The position numbers and the translations under genes are program-made. A DNA stretch of 64,000 nt, taken from the NCBI GenBank assembly GCA_963663165.1, contig OY760175.1, forward strand, positions 4,128,001-4,192,000, read 5' to 3'. The DNA is from an uncultured Desulfospira sp. GTDB lineage: Bacteria > Desulfobacterota > Desulfobacteria > Desulfobacterales > Desulfobacteraceae. This document shows, one piece after another, positions 30,211-40,098 of the stretch. The notes under the pieces were generated by a model. That model was not told the DNA's origin and did not search any database. It saw nothing but the letters and a program-made list of their open reading frames with translations. Each line of letters opens with the position of its first letter. The stretch's first letter is position 1.

Positions 30211-31335
30211 ATGACCGAGTATGATTATTGGAAAATTTTTCCCAGAATGCCGAAAAAAGTGACGATTGGAGACATCACCATCAGAGACGGTTTCCAGCAC
30301 CTGGAAAAGTTTATTTCCACTCAGGCCAAAATCACCTATCTTGAAGAGCTGATCTTTGCCGGCTGCCGAAATATTGAGGTGACCAATCTGGGCAATCCCC
30401 GGAACATGCCCCAGTTCTCCGATGCAGAAGAACTGCTGGCCCATTTACGGTCGGATAATTTTGTATCCAGGGCTGCCAAAAAGGGCATAGACATGAAAGA
30501 CGTGGTCTTAACGGCCATCACCATCCGGGAGCCTTCCGTGGACCGGGCCATTAGGCTAAAGGAACGGGGCGTGGGCCCGGACCGGGTTCTCATGATGGTT
30601 TCCACAGAGGAACAGCACCATTTTGCCAACTCCGGCACTACCCTGCCCAACTACTGGGCCGAGGCTGAGCGGTGCATTAAAAAATGCACGGATGCGGGCA
30701 TTAAAATGTGCGGCACCGTATCCACCATCTGGGGCAGCCCCATTGGCGGCGCCACCGACCTTAAGGATGCGGTTGAATTCACCAAATACTGGCTGTCCAT
30801 CGGGGCGTCGGACATTGAGCATGCCGACCATGACGGGTCTGCATCCGCGGCCCAGGTATACCGGTACTTTTCCATGATTCTGGACGAGATTCCGGATACC
30901 AGCCTTCACATTGCCCACTTTCATGAAACCAAACGGGTGGCCTCCGCATCGGTACTGGCCGCACTCCAGGCCGGGATCTGCCACTTTGAAGCCACCCTGG
31001 GCGGCCTGGGCGGGCAGCCGGCCAATTTTATTGATGACCGGCCCATCAAGGGCACCGGGGACTACTACTATGACGATGAACGTTACGTGGGCCTGGTTTG
31101 CCTGGAAGACACCCTTGTACAAATTGATGAAATGGGTATAGAACATGGATACGATGTCGACCGGATCCTCTGGATAGGCAAGCAATTGGAAAAAACCGTG
31201 GGCGCCCGCCTGAGAAGTGAAGCCGTGATTAACGGCAGAACCCTTAAGGAAGGGCATATGGAATATGCCAGGCCCGGGCTTGCCAAGCTCAAGGAAAAGC
31301 TTGGAGAAGAACCAAACCAGAGTTTTCCCAAATAA
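30211..31335 (+). CDS. HMG-CoA lyase-like DRE-TIM metallolyase
   Basis: IRDGFQ, HFH, GGLGG; leucine catabolism context. Confidence 0.75.
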   Translation: MTEYDYWKIFPRMPKKVTIGDITIRDGFQHLEKFISTQAKITYLEELIFAGCRNIEVTNLGNPRNMPQFSDAEELLAHLRSDNFVSRAAKKGIDMKDVVLTAITIREPSVDRAIRLKERGVGPDRVLMMVSTEEQHHFANSGTTLPNYWAEAERCIKKCTDAGIKMCGTVSTIWGSPIGGATDLKDAVEFTKYWLSIGASDIEHADHDGSASAAQVYRYFSMILDEIPDTSLHIAHFHETKRVASASVLAALQAGICHFEATLGGLGGQPANFIDDRPIKGTGDYYYDDERYVGLVCLEDTLVQIDEMGIEHGYDVDRILWIGKQLEKTVGARLRSEAVINGRTLKEGHMEYARPGLAKLKEKLGEEPNQSFPK

Positions 31336-31466
31336 CTGCCAGCCCCGGTAAGGCAGAAATCGGGCCGGCCTGTTCTCTTTAATCCTGGGCCGGCCCACGA
31401 CAAATATTGAAAGCTAACAGCCAACACCTAATGGCTAACGGCTAACAGCTAATAGCTAACAGCCAA
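31333..31466. repeat. Degenerate mini-element half followed by GCTAAnn heptamer array
   Basis: ggcagaaatcgggccg...cccacgacaaatattgaaag, then about eight heptamers. Confidence 0.65.
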
Positions 31467-31479
31467 ATAAGGAGATACC

Positions 31480-32115
31480 ATGGAAAAAGAGGAAAAAATC
31501 CCCCATATCAATGTGGATTATTTTGAAGATCTTACCGGAGATATCCAGAAAGGGGAAGCCGGCCCGGTGGAGGAAGTCGGGACCCGGATCAAACTGCTCA
31601 GAGAAGAGAGGGGGTTTACCCTGGAAGATCTTTCCGATTTAACCGGATTTGAGGTGTCCCAGCTTGAGGCCATCGAAAACGGGGACCTCAAGCCCCAGCT
31701 CGGAACGGTGATGAAATTGTCCAAGGCCCTGGATCTGGCCGTGGGCCGGCTGGTGTCGGGCATGGGAACCAAGCTTTATGCCATTACCCGGAAAAACGAA
31801 CGAAAGCCCATTGCCAGGTCCGCCTCCAAGACCAGCAAGAAAAACGTATATTCTTACATGAGCCTGGCCCCGGAAGTCCAGGGCCGGAACATGGAAGCCC
31901 TGATTGTTCAACTGGAAAAAAGCGAAGAACAGGAGATTTCCGTTCACAATGGCGAAGAATTTGTTTTTGTCCTGGACGGCACAGTGAGCCTGACCATTGC
32001 CAAGGAAACCTATGAACTTGAACCCGGGGACAGTGCCTATTATCTGTCCACCACCCCCCACTATATTACGGCAAAAACGGAAAAAGCCACCATACTCGCT
32101 GTCCTATATGAATAA
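31480..32115 (+). CDS. XRE-cupin transcriptional regulator
   Basis: N-terminal HTH; HNGEEF cupin. Confidence 0.9.
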   Translation: MEKEEKIPHINVDYFEDLTGDIQKGEAGPVEEVGTRIKLLREERGFTLEDLSDLTGFEVSQLEAIENGDLKPQLGTVMKLSKALDLAVGRLVSGMGTKLYAITRKNERKPIARSASKTSKKNVYSYMSLAPEVQGRNMEALIVQLEKSEEQEISVHNGEEFVFVLDGTVSLTIAKETYELEPGDSAYYLSTTPHYITAKTEKATILAVLYE

Positions 32116-32134
32116 TGAACGCTTTTCGCCTTTT

Positions 32135-32190
32135 GCTAACAGCTAACCGCTAACGGCTAATAGCTAAAAGCTAACAGCTAATAGCTAAAA
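32135..32190 (+). repeat. 7-bp tandem repeat (GCTAAnn) x8
   Basis: gctaaca gctaacc gctaacg gctaata gctaaaa gctaaca gctaata gctaaaa. Confidence 0.85.
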
Positions 32191-32202
32191 AGGAGATCAT
32201 CC

Positions 32203-34152
32203 ATGCTCAAAAAACTATGGGAACCATCTGAAGAACGCATCAAAAGCACCAATATGTACCGGTTCATGACCCTGGTGAACGAAAAATTCAACCAGGGTTT
32301 CAATGAATACGCCCCCTTGTGGGAATGGTCGGTCAACCACCTGGAAGATTTCTGGGACACGGCATGGAAGTTCTTGGAAATTAAATATTCCGCGCCCTAT
32401 TCAAAGGCCGTTGAAAACCCGGATAAAATGCCCGGGGCCAAATTTTTTCCTGGTGCAAAGCTTAACTTTGCAGAAAACCTGCTTCAGTTCAGAAATGACC
32501 GGACCGCCCTGATTTTCAGGGGAGAGGATGAGGTCCGAAGGACCCTGACCTATAATGAGCTGTACGACGAAGTGGCAAAGACCGCGTCGGCTTTAAAAGC
32601 CATGGGCGTTCAAAAAGGAGACCGGGTGGTGGGGTTTGTCCCCAATATGCCCGAATCCATCATTGCCATGCTGTCGGCAGTCAGCTTAGGGGCCATCTGG
32701 TCGTCTTGTTCCCCTGATTTCGGCATCAAAGGGGTGCTGGACCGGTTCGGCCAGACCCGGCCGAAGGTGCTGTTCACGGCTGACGGATACTATTTTAAAG
32801 GCAAACCCTTAGACAGCCTTCAGCGGATTGCCGGTATTGTCAAGGAACTGCCCTCCATTGAAAAAATCGTGGTCATCCCCTATGTCAGTGCGACGCCGGA
32901 TATTTCTATTCTGGACAATGCGGTCCACCTGGAGGATTTCCAGGACCACACGGCCACGGAAATTGAATTTGAACAGGTGGAATTTGACCATCCCCTGTAC
33001 ATCATGTACTCCTCGGGAACCACGGGCCTTCCCAAGTGCATGGTCCAAAGCCAGGGCGGGGTCCTGCTCCATCAGAAAAAGGAACTGGTCCTTCACACCG
33101 ACCTTAAAGAAGAGGATGTCATCTTTTACTTTACCACCTGTGGCTGGATGATGTGGAACTGGCTGACCTGTTCTTTGAGTGTGGGGGCTACCCTGGTGCT
33201 CTACGACGGCAACCCATTTCATCCGGGGCCCGATGCCTTGTGGAAAATGGCAGAAGATGAAAAAATTACGGTTTTCGGCACCAGTGCCGGCTATATTGAA
33301 GCCTTGAAAAATGCCGGGGTCAAACCCAAAGCGCAATTTGACCTTTCAGCCCTGAAATCCGTTCTTTCCACAGGCTCCCCCTTGTCAGACGAGAACTTTG
33401 AGTTCATTTATCTTCAGGTCAAAAGCGACCTGCAGCTGGCCTCCATTTCCGGGGGCTCAGACCTGAACGGCTGTTTTGCCTTAGGCAACCCCATGGGACC
33501 CGTATACACGGGCCAGCTCCAGTGCCGGGGCCTTGGCATGAAAGTCTATGCCTATGACGAAACCGGCACCCCGGTGGTGGGGCAGCAGGCCGAACTGGTC
33601 TGTGCGGCGCCCTTCCCGTCCATGCCCATTTACTTTTGGGGGGATGACGACGGCTCCAAGTACCATTCCGCCTATTTTGACGAATTTCCGGGAATCTGGA
33701 CCCATGGGGATTTTGTCATGGTTACCGAACAGGGCGGGGTCATTATGTTTGGCCGGTCCGACGCCACATTGAACCCGGGCGGGGTCCGGATCGGGACCGC
33801 TGAAATCTACCGCCGGCTGGACGCCATGGAAGAACTCGAAGATTCGGTGGTGGTGGGCCAGCCTTGGGAAAATGACGTCCGGGTCATTTTGTTTGTCAAA
33901 ATGGCACAAGGATTTGAGCTGACCAAGGAGCTGGAACAAAAAATCCGGAGTGATATCAGGGCCAATGCATCGCCGCGCCATGTTCCGGCCAAAATCATTG
34001 CCTGTCCGGATGTCCCCTACACGTTGAACATGAAAAAAGTGGAACTGGCCGTCAAGAAGATGATTGAAGGCAAGGAAGTCAAAAATAAGGATGCGTTAAA
34101 GAACCCCGAGGCCCTGGATTTCTTTGGAGATTTAGAAGAGTTGAAATCTTAA
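32203..34152 (+). CDS. Acetoacetate-CoA ligase
   Basis: YSSGTTGLPKC, TTCGWMMWN, GRSDATLNPGGVRIGTAE. Confidence 0.92.
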   Translation: MLKKLWEPSEERIKSTNMYRFMTLVNEKFNQGFNEYAPLWEWSVNHLEDFWDTAWKFLEIKYSAPYSKAVENPDKMPGAKFFPGAKLNFAENLLQFRNDRTALIFRGEDEVRRTLTYNELYDEVAKTASALKAMGVQKGDRVVGFVPNMPESIIAMLSAVSLGAIWSSCSPDFGIKGVLDRFGQTRPKVLFTADGYYFKGKPLDSLQRIAGIVKELPSIEKIVVIPYVSATPDISILDNAVHLEDFQDHTATEIEFEQVEFDHPLYIMYSSGTTGLPKCMVQSQGGVLLHQKKELVLHTDLKEEDVIFYFTTCGWMMWNWLTCSLSVGATLVLYDGNPFHPGPDALWKMAEDEKITVFGTSAGYIEALKNAGVKPKAQFDLSALKSVLSTGSPLSDENFEFIYLQVKSDLQLASISGGSDLNGCFALGNPMGPVYTGQLQCRGLGMKVYAYDETGTPVVGQQAELVCAAPFPSMPIYFWGDDDGSKYHSAYFDEFPGIWTHGDFVMVTEQGGVIMFGRSDATLNPGGVRIGTAEIYRRLDAMEELEDSVVVGQPWENDVRVILFVKMAQGFELTKELEQKIRSDIRANASPRHVPAKIIACPDVPYTLNMKKVELAVKKMIEGKEVKNKDALKNPEALDFFGDLEELKS

Positions 34153-34177
34153 GGTCGCCTGAACGACAACGTTTGTT

Positions 34178-34221
34178 TGGCCGGCCCATCACAGGCACAA
34201 TTGCCTGTGATGGGCCGGCCA
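34178..34221. terminator. 20-bp perfect hairpin after the operon (terminator/REP-like)
   Basis: TGGCCGGCCCATCACAGGCA-caat-reverse complement; no clear T tail. Confidence 0.55.
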
Positions 34222-34306
34222 TGTTATAGTTCGTCGCAACTGAATGCGATACGTGGTCTCGTTCTTAAATGCAAGATGAATAGCAGGAAAAAAAGGACAT
34301 ATCCCA

Positions 34307-35128
34307 ATGAATAAGAAAATCCACACCCTGTTTTTTAGCGCCACCGGTACCACTGAAAAAATTGTAACCGATATGGCTGGGAAAATTGCCGGAAAGTATG
34401 GACAGGACATTCCGGTCAACCCCATTGACTTTACACTGCCGAAGGCCCGGGAAAACAGGCTTTCCTTTGACAAGGATGATCTGGTTATTGCGGGGGTTCC
34501 GGTTATCGCCGGCCGTGTCCCCAATGTATTGCTCAAATTCTTAAATACTATTGAAGGCAACGGGGCCATGGCCGTGGCCGTGGTTCTCTATGGAAACCGA
34601 AATTATGACGATGCCTTAATAGAGTTCAAGGATATATTGGAGTCAGACGGGTTTAAGGTGATGGCCGCCGGCGCATTTATCGGTGAACACTCCTTTTCAA
34701 CAACCCTTGCCGCCAACCGGCCGGACGATCAGGATATGGCTCTGGCCGCTGAGTTTGCCGCAAAGGTATATGATAAAATAAAGACAGGGGGCAAAGGGCC
34801 TGCCCTTGAGGTAAAAGGAAATCAACCTTATAGAGACTATTACCGGCCCAAGGGTCCGGACGGCAACATCATCAGTATCCTCAAGGTTATTCCCAAAACA
34901 AACAGTGACTGCACCGACTGCAAGCTGTGCAGTGAAATCTGCCCCATGGGCTCCATTGATTACGACGATGTGTCCAAAATAACCGGTATTTGTATTAAAT
35001 GTTGTGCCTGTATTAAAAAATGCCCGGTGGGGGCAAAATATTTTGATGATGAAAATTATCTATGGCATAAAACCGAACTGGAGGATAAACTAACCCATAC
35101 AAGACAGGAACCGGAATATTTTATTTAA
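34307..35128 (+). CDS. EFR1-family flavodoxin-ferredoxin
   Basis: FSATGTT, YGNRNYDD, two CxxCxxCxxxCP. Confidence 0.9.
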   Translation: MNKKIHTLFFSATGTTEKIVTDMAGKIAGKYGQDIPVNPIDFTLPKARENRLSFDKDDLVIAGVPVIAGRVPNVLLKFLNTIEGNGAMAVAVVLYGNRNYDDALIEFKDILESDGFKVMAAGAFIGEHSFSTTLAANRPDDQDMALAAEFAAKVYDKIKTGGKGPALEVKGNQPYRDYYRPKGPDGNIISILKVIPKTNSDCTDCKLCSEICPMGSIDYDDVSKITGICIKCCACIKKCPVGAKYFDDENYLWHKTELEDKLTHTRQEPEYFI

Positions 35129-35139
35129 AAAGGAGGCTT

Positions 35140-35511
35140 ATGGACAAAAAACCCCTCCCGGACGTGTTTTTTCATTTCAGGTTCAAGTTTTTGGCCATCA
35201 CCACGATTGCCTTTTTATTTTATGTGATTCTGTCCGGTTCTTCGGATTTCAGACAGTTTGCGGACAGCATTCAGTTTAAATTAATGGGCCCGGTGTTTAT
35301 CTTGAGCGGCATCATGTTTCTGGTGTTCCGGAAATTTCCCATCAAATGCCCTCACTGCCATAAAATTGTTTCCACCAAAAAGGACTGGGTATGTCCCGAA
35401 TGCGGCAAATCCCAGGGAAAAGAAAGGTATCTCATAGATAAATGCACCCATTGCCGCCAGGTGGCGGCAACGGGTGCATGCGATCACTGCAAAAAAGAAT
35501 TCCGATTATAG
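35140..35511 (+). CDS. Hypothetical membrane protein with four CxxC motifs
   Basis: Two TM plus zinc ribbons; RBS AGGAGG. Confidence 0.7.
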   Translation: MDKKPLPDVFFHFRFKFLAITTIAFLFYVILSGSSDFRQFADSIQFKLMGPVFILSGIMFLVFRKFPIKCPHCHKIVSTKKDWVCPECGKSQGKERYLIDKCTHCRQVAATGACDHCKKEFRL

Positions 35512-35548
35512 CCTGTTATAAAGGCCGGCGGCTTTGTGCTGGCGGTTG

Positions 35549-36397
35549 TTATAAATATTTGTCCAGGGAGGTGCTGAAGGCTTCCATGACCATATCGGCG
35601 ATCATCTGATCCAGGGTCTGCCCCATTTTTTCAAGAACATCGGCGGTCGAGGTCTCTTCCTCGTCTTCTTCGGCCTTGTCCAGGTAATGCTGGAACAGGG
35701 ACGCCAGGGGCTGCCGGGCCTTTTCAAGAAGTTTTTCTTCGCGTTCAGCCAGTTTTTCAGTCATTTTTTCAAGGATGCTCTGGGCCTTTTCAACGGCACT
35801 GGTTTTCCGGGTATCAGATGAGCCGGATTCACTGTCCTGTTCCGTATCCGGCAGGGACGCGGCATCGGTTGTGCCTAAGGCCGCGCCGGTGCTTTTCTCC
35901 ATTACGGAATAGCCGGTGGCATAACTGATATCGGCGGTAAACATGGAAATGGAATCATAGTCTTCCATGGCCATGAGCACGGCCTGGCCAATGGCCCCCT
36001 TCATATCCCCTTCCACGACCTCGCCGATCACCTCATCAATTCCCTTGATGATGGCCTCAATATCGGCCAGTTCTTCTTCATTTAAATCTCCCTGAACGGA
36101 AAATGAAAAGGTTTCCCCGGTGGTCAGGGTGATTTCACTGTAGTTGGTGGTGACCATGGCGGTGCCGGAATCGGTTTCCACCATTCCCTGGCTGTTATAG
36201 CTGTATGAAGAATATTGCGAAAGAGAAGACGAGGAAAGGGTCACAACATCTCCCTCCCGGGTCTGAATGGTCAGCCCGGTACTCAGTTCAGAGTAGACCT
36301 CCATCTGGCTTGTGGTGCTGCTCAAAGACGCCTCTTGCAGTCCTTGATAATTTTGGGCCGACATCCCTGTGCCTGAAGTTTGGGCTATGCTGCTCAT
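35549..36397 (-). CDS. Acidic hypothetical protein
   Basis: Long ORF; RBS GGAGG before MSSIAQ. Confidence 0.7.
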   Translation of the reverse strand: MSSIAQTSGTGMSAQNYQGLQEASLSSTTSQMEVYSELSTGLTIQTREGDVVTLSSSSLSQYSSYSYNSQGMVETDSGTAMVTTNYSEITLTTGETFSFSVQGDLNEEELADIEAIIKGIDEVIGEVVEGDMKGAIGQAVLMAMEDYDSISMFTADISYATGYSVMEKSTGAALGTTDAASLPDTEQDSESGSSDTRKTSAVEKAQSILEKMTEKLAEREEKLLEKARQPLASLFQHYLDKAEEDEEETSTADVLEKMGQTLDQMIADMVMEAFSTSLDKYL

Positions 36398-36544
36398 TTT
36401 CGTTCCTCCTTTAACGAATTTTTTGCTCTCTTTAGAATACGCTATCGGCAACTATGAAGAAAAATTGAGGGGAAATTTTCTTTGATATTTGGAAAGGCTT
36501 GTGCTATGTGTACACTTAAAGCACATAAAAAGAGAGGGGGCAAT

Positions 36545-36790
36545 ATGAATATAACACTTTCTGCCGATAAAAATTTGATTGAAAAATCAAGGATTTTTGC
36601 CAAGAAACATAATACATCGCTCAACCAGCTGGTTCGGGACTACTTGGCACGTCTCGTTTCCCAAGGAGAGTTAACCGAAATTGCCTTGGAGTTTGAACAG
36701 TTGGCCTTGAACAATTCAGGAAAATCTTTAGAAGGCTACTCGTTTAACCGGGATGAGATCTATTCGCGTTCAAAGGAGCAGGACGGTTGA
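36545..36790 (+). CDS. Antitoxin (DUF6364/RHH-like)
   Basis: MNITLS...TSLNQLVRDYL; coupled to a PIN gene. Confidence 0.75.
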   Translation: MNITLSADKNLIEKSRIFAKKHNTSLNQLVRDYLARLVSQGELTEIALEFEQLALNNSGKSLEGYSFNRDEIYSRSKEQDG

Positions 36791-37209
36791 AAAAAAAATT
36801 TATTGACACCAACATTATCATATATGCAAATGACGCCAGGGACAGACATAAACAGAAAACGGCCATTTCCCTTATCACCTCCTTAATGACTTCTCAGGAG
36901 GGAGTGATCTCCACTCAGGTATTGCAAGAATATGCTTACGTTGCCATTAGAAAACTAAATCAGGAGCCGGGAGTTGTCGTTCGCCAGCTTAAAATTCTCG
37001 AATCCTTTGAGGTCGTCAGACAATCTTCAGATATGATCCGCCGGGCCATAGAAATCATGCAGACTTATAAAATCAGTTTCTGGGATTCTTGCATCATCAG
37101 TAATGCTGAATATGCAAACTGTTCCGTTATCTATTCCGAAGACCTCAACTCCGGGCAGTATTATTCCGGAATTCAAATTTTGAATCCATTTTCAGCAGAC
37201 GGTGCCTGA
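36787..37209 (+). CDS. vapC: PIN-domain toxin
   Basis: FIDTNIIIY, STQVLQE, SFWD, YSEDL. Confidence 0.85.
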   Translation: MKKKFIDTNIIIYANDARDRHKQKTAISLITSLMTSQEGVISTQVLQEYAYVAIRKLNQEPGVVVRQLKILESFEVVRQSSDMIRRAIEIMQTYKISFWDSCIISNAEYANCSVIYSEDLNSGQYYSGIQILNPFSADGA

Positions 37210-37235
37210 TGGCCAGTCAGGGGTAAAAACCCACC

Positions 37236-38048
37236 ATGGATACCTTTGGATTTACCCGGAAAAAGTTTTGTTCCCTTGCCCAGGCAGCCCGGCACCGGCA
37301 TGTGATGGCCTGGCTTTCAAAAACCTACCAGCAGCTGGTCACCGGCCGGGTTTCTCCGGATGCCTTTTTTGATTTTTGTTCCCGGTATGAATCCCTCCTT
37401 GGCTGGATGGGGAAGGCCGTGCCGGTCCGCCCTGAAGGCAATGACCCAAGAGGCTTTATTGAATACGTATCCAATGCCGTTCACTTTCACCGGCAGGCGG
37501 CCGGGATTGTTGGGCGGGATGAGAATCTGCTGCCCTGCGCCCAAACTTCGGATAAACCCCAGGAGGGTTCCAGGCCGGTGTCTGGAAGAAATATCATCCT
37601 GGCCCTGGACGGATTAAGAAGCCTTTTTAACGTGGGGTCTGTTTTCAGAACCTGTGACGGGGCCGGTATCAGAACCATTATTTTAGGGAACACCCCGGGA
37701 AAAGAAGACCCGCGGGTCAGGAAAACCAGCATGGGAAGCCATGAATGGATTCATCAGGAAACAACCTCGGACCTGGGCCAGAGCCTTTTGGATAAAAAAA
37801 GAAACGGATACCGGATTATCGGCGTTGAAACCATTAAAGGCGCTGCGGCGGTCCATGAGTTTGCCTGGCCTTCAAAGGCGGTGCTGGTATTCGGCAATGA
37901 GGAGTTCGGCATCTCCTCTCATGTCATGGCGGTCTGCGACGAATTCATCCACATCCCCATGTTTGGCCGGAAAAATTCCCTTAACGTGGCCAATGCCGTA
38001 TCCGTGGTTTTGTTCCAGGCCGTCCTCAGTGCCGAAACCCGCCAGTAA
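37236..38048 (+). CDS. TrmH/SpoU RNA methyltransferase
   Basis: NVGSVFRT, FGNEEFG, IPMFGRKNSLNV. Confidence 0.9.
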   Translation: MDTFGFTRKKFCSLAQAARHRHVMAWLSKTYQQLVTGRVSPDAFFDFCSRYESLLGWMGKAVPVRPEGNDPRGFIEYVSNAVHFHRQAAGIVGRDENLLPCAQTSDKPQEGSRPVSGRNIILALDGLRSLFNVGSVFRTCDGAGIRTIILGNTPGKEDPRVRKTSMGSHEWIHQETTSDLGQSLLDKKRNGYRIIGVETIKGAAAVHEFAWPSKAVLVFGNEEFGISSHVMAVCDEFIHIPMFGRKNSLNVANAVSVVLFQAVLSAETRQ

Positions 38049-38086
38049 TTTGAACATATACCAAAGGGATGGGGCATACATTCAGC

Positions 38087-38118
38087 AAGGGGCCGGGAAA
38101 CATCCCGGCCCCTTTTTT
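38087..38118 (+). terminator. Intrinsic terminator between convergent genes
   Basis: AAGGGGCCGGGA/TCCCGGCCCCTT plus T tract. Confidence 0.8.
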
Positions 38119-38145
38119 GTTTGCGCTTTCGGGTGTGGCCAAAGA

Positions 38146-39489
38146 TCAGGTGCCGAAAAAAAGATGGGGCAGCCAGGTCACCAGAGCGGGAAACAGGCTA
38201 AGAATAATGATACAGACCACCTGAAGGACCACAAAGGGCAGAATGCCTTTATAAATGTGCATCATGGTATATTGAGGCGGCGCCACCCCTTTAAAGTAGA
38301 ACAGGGCATAGCCAAAGGGCGGGGTTAAAAACGAGGTCTGAAGGTTGACGCACAGGAGAATGGAGAACCAGAGCGGGTTGAACTCAATTTCCATGGCAAT
38401 GGGCATGAAAATCGGGACCGTGACCAGCAGGATGGCTGCCCAGTCAATGAACATCCCCATTAAAAAAACAATGAGCATCATCACCAGCAGGATCAGCCAC
38501 CGGTTCATGCCGGAGCCGATGAGCAGATCGGCCACCACATCACCGCCGCCCATGCTTAAGAATACCGTACTGAAAAACTTGCCCCCCACAAACAACAGCA
38601 TGACCATGGCAGTGGTTTTCAGGGTGGCAAAGCTGGCATCCCTTAGAACGGTCAGGTTCAGCTTCTTATTGAGGGCCGCCAGAATCATGGCCCCGGCAGC
38701 CCCGAGCCCGGCCGCTTCAGTGGGGGTGGCCACCCCGGCCAGGATGGTTCCCATGACCGCCAGAATAAGAATCAACGGAGGGAGCAGGCTTTTTAAGGTC
38801 ATGCCCCATTTCTGGGCCGCCGTGTAGGTGCCGGCCTCTTGCCTTGAAATGGGCGGACCCAGTTCCGGGCTGATGTTGCAACGGATGAAAATATAAAGAA
38901 AATAAAGGCCTGCCAGAAGCAAGCCCGGAAAAATGGCCCCGGCAAACAAATTGCCCACGGACGTTTCTTTTAAACCGGTCAGCCCGCCGTACACCACCAT
39001 CATGATACTGGGAGGGATCAGGATGCCCAGGGTTCCTGAAGCGCAGATAATGCCCGAGGTCAGCTCTTTCTGGTATCCCTTGTTGATCAGGGCCGGCGTG
39101 GCCAAAAGCCCCATGGCCACCACGGATGCGCCGATAATGCCTGTGGTGGCCGCAAATACCGTGCAGACCACCACCACGGCCAGGCCAAGCCCGCCTTTGA
39201 TGGACCCGAGGACCACATAAAGGGACTCAAACAGGGCGTCGGACACCTTGGAACGATCCAGCAGCTGGGCCATGAGAATGAACAACGGGATGGCCACAAG
39301 GGTATAGTTGTTCATCAGGCCCCAGGTGTTGTTGACAAACATGTTAAAGAGCATGGAGATGGAGAATCCATTGTCGATCAGACCGAACAAGGTGGCCACG
39401 GCCGCCAGGGTATAGGCCAGGGGATGGCCTAAAACAATGGCCAGGATCAGCAGAGCGAACATGGCCAGGGTCATTATTTCGGGGCTCAT
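38146..39489 (-). CDS. dctM: TRAP large permease
   Basis: GTLGILIPPS and LTPPFG. Confidence 0.9.
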   Translation of the reverse strand: MSPEIMTLAMFALLILAIVLGHPLAYTLAAVATLFGLIDNGFSISMLFNMFVNNTWGLMNNYTLVAIPLFILMAQLLDRSKVSDALFESLYVVLGSIKGGLGLAVVVVCTVFAATTGIIGASVVAMGLLATPALINKGYQKELTSGIICASGTLGILIPPSIMMVVYGGLTGLKETSVGNLFAGAIFPGLLLAGLYFLYIFIRCNISPELGPPISRQEAGTYTAAQKWGMTLKSLLPPLILILAVMGTILAGVATPTEAAGLGAAGAMILAALNKKLNLTVLRDASFATLKTTAMVMLLFVGGKFFSTVFLSMGGGDVVADLLIGSGMNRWLILLVMMLIVFLMGMFIDWAAILLVTVPIFMPIAMEIEFNPLWFSILLCVNLQTSFLTPPFGYALFYFKGVAPPQYTMMHIYKGILPFVVLQVVCIIILSLFPALVTWLPHLFFGT

Positions 39490-40001
39490 TTTTTACCTCC
39501 CCGGCCCATGCCGGCCAGATGGGTTATGTCGTTGATGAGGTTGGCAATTCCCTGTAACAGAAGAAAGAAAAAACAGACCGCCATTAAAATCTTAAGGGGC
39601 CAGATGGGCGGGGCCCAGCTGGTGGGGTTCACCTCAAGTCCTTTTGTGGAACTGTAGGCAAACAGGAAAGACCAGATGGTCAGGCAAACCATCACCGGCA
39701 TAAAAAAGAGCAGGTTGGTGCCAATTTTCAAAATGGTTTGGATTTTTTCGGGCATGTACAAGGTAAACACATCCACCTTGACATGGCCGTCATGAAAATC
39801 GGTATAGGCCAGGCCGAACATATAATGCAGGCCGTAAAGGAATGTGGTGGCTTCAAATCCCCAGGTTGTGGGAGCATTAAAAACATACCGCATAAACACT
39901 TCGTACACCACGACAAACAGCAGGGGATAAATCAGGTACGAAGACCATTCCCCCTCATATTTAATGATCATTTCCAGTTGTTTTGCAATAGGGTGTTGCA
40001 T
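39486..40001 (-). CDS. dctQ: TRAP small permease
   Basis: EVFMRY, HVKVD, four TM. Confidence 0.85.
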   Translation of the reverse strand: MQHPIAKQLEMIIKYEGEWSSYLIYPLLFVVVYEVFMRYVFNAPTTWGFEATTFLYGLHYMFGLAYTDFHDGHVKVDVFTLYMPEKIQTILKIGTNLLFFMPVMVCLTIWSFLFAYSSTKGLEVNPTSWAPPIWPLKILMAVCFFFLLLQGIANLINDITHLAGMGRGGKK

Positions 40002-40098
40002 GCGAAGACCTTTTGAACCTTAAGCCCGGGCCTGAAGCAGGCACCTTATAACCCGGCAAGGATGCCCGCCCAAAGCCGGCAAAAGACAAATTATAGGG

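Noticed and set aside
36545..37209. Isolated vapBC as an integron cassette
   Set aside because: No attC-like repeat is recognisable on either side.
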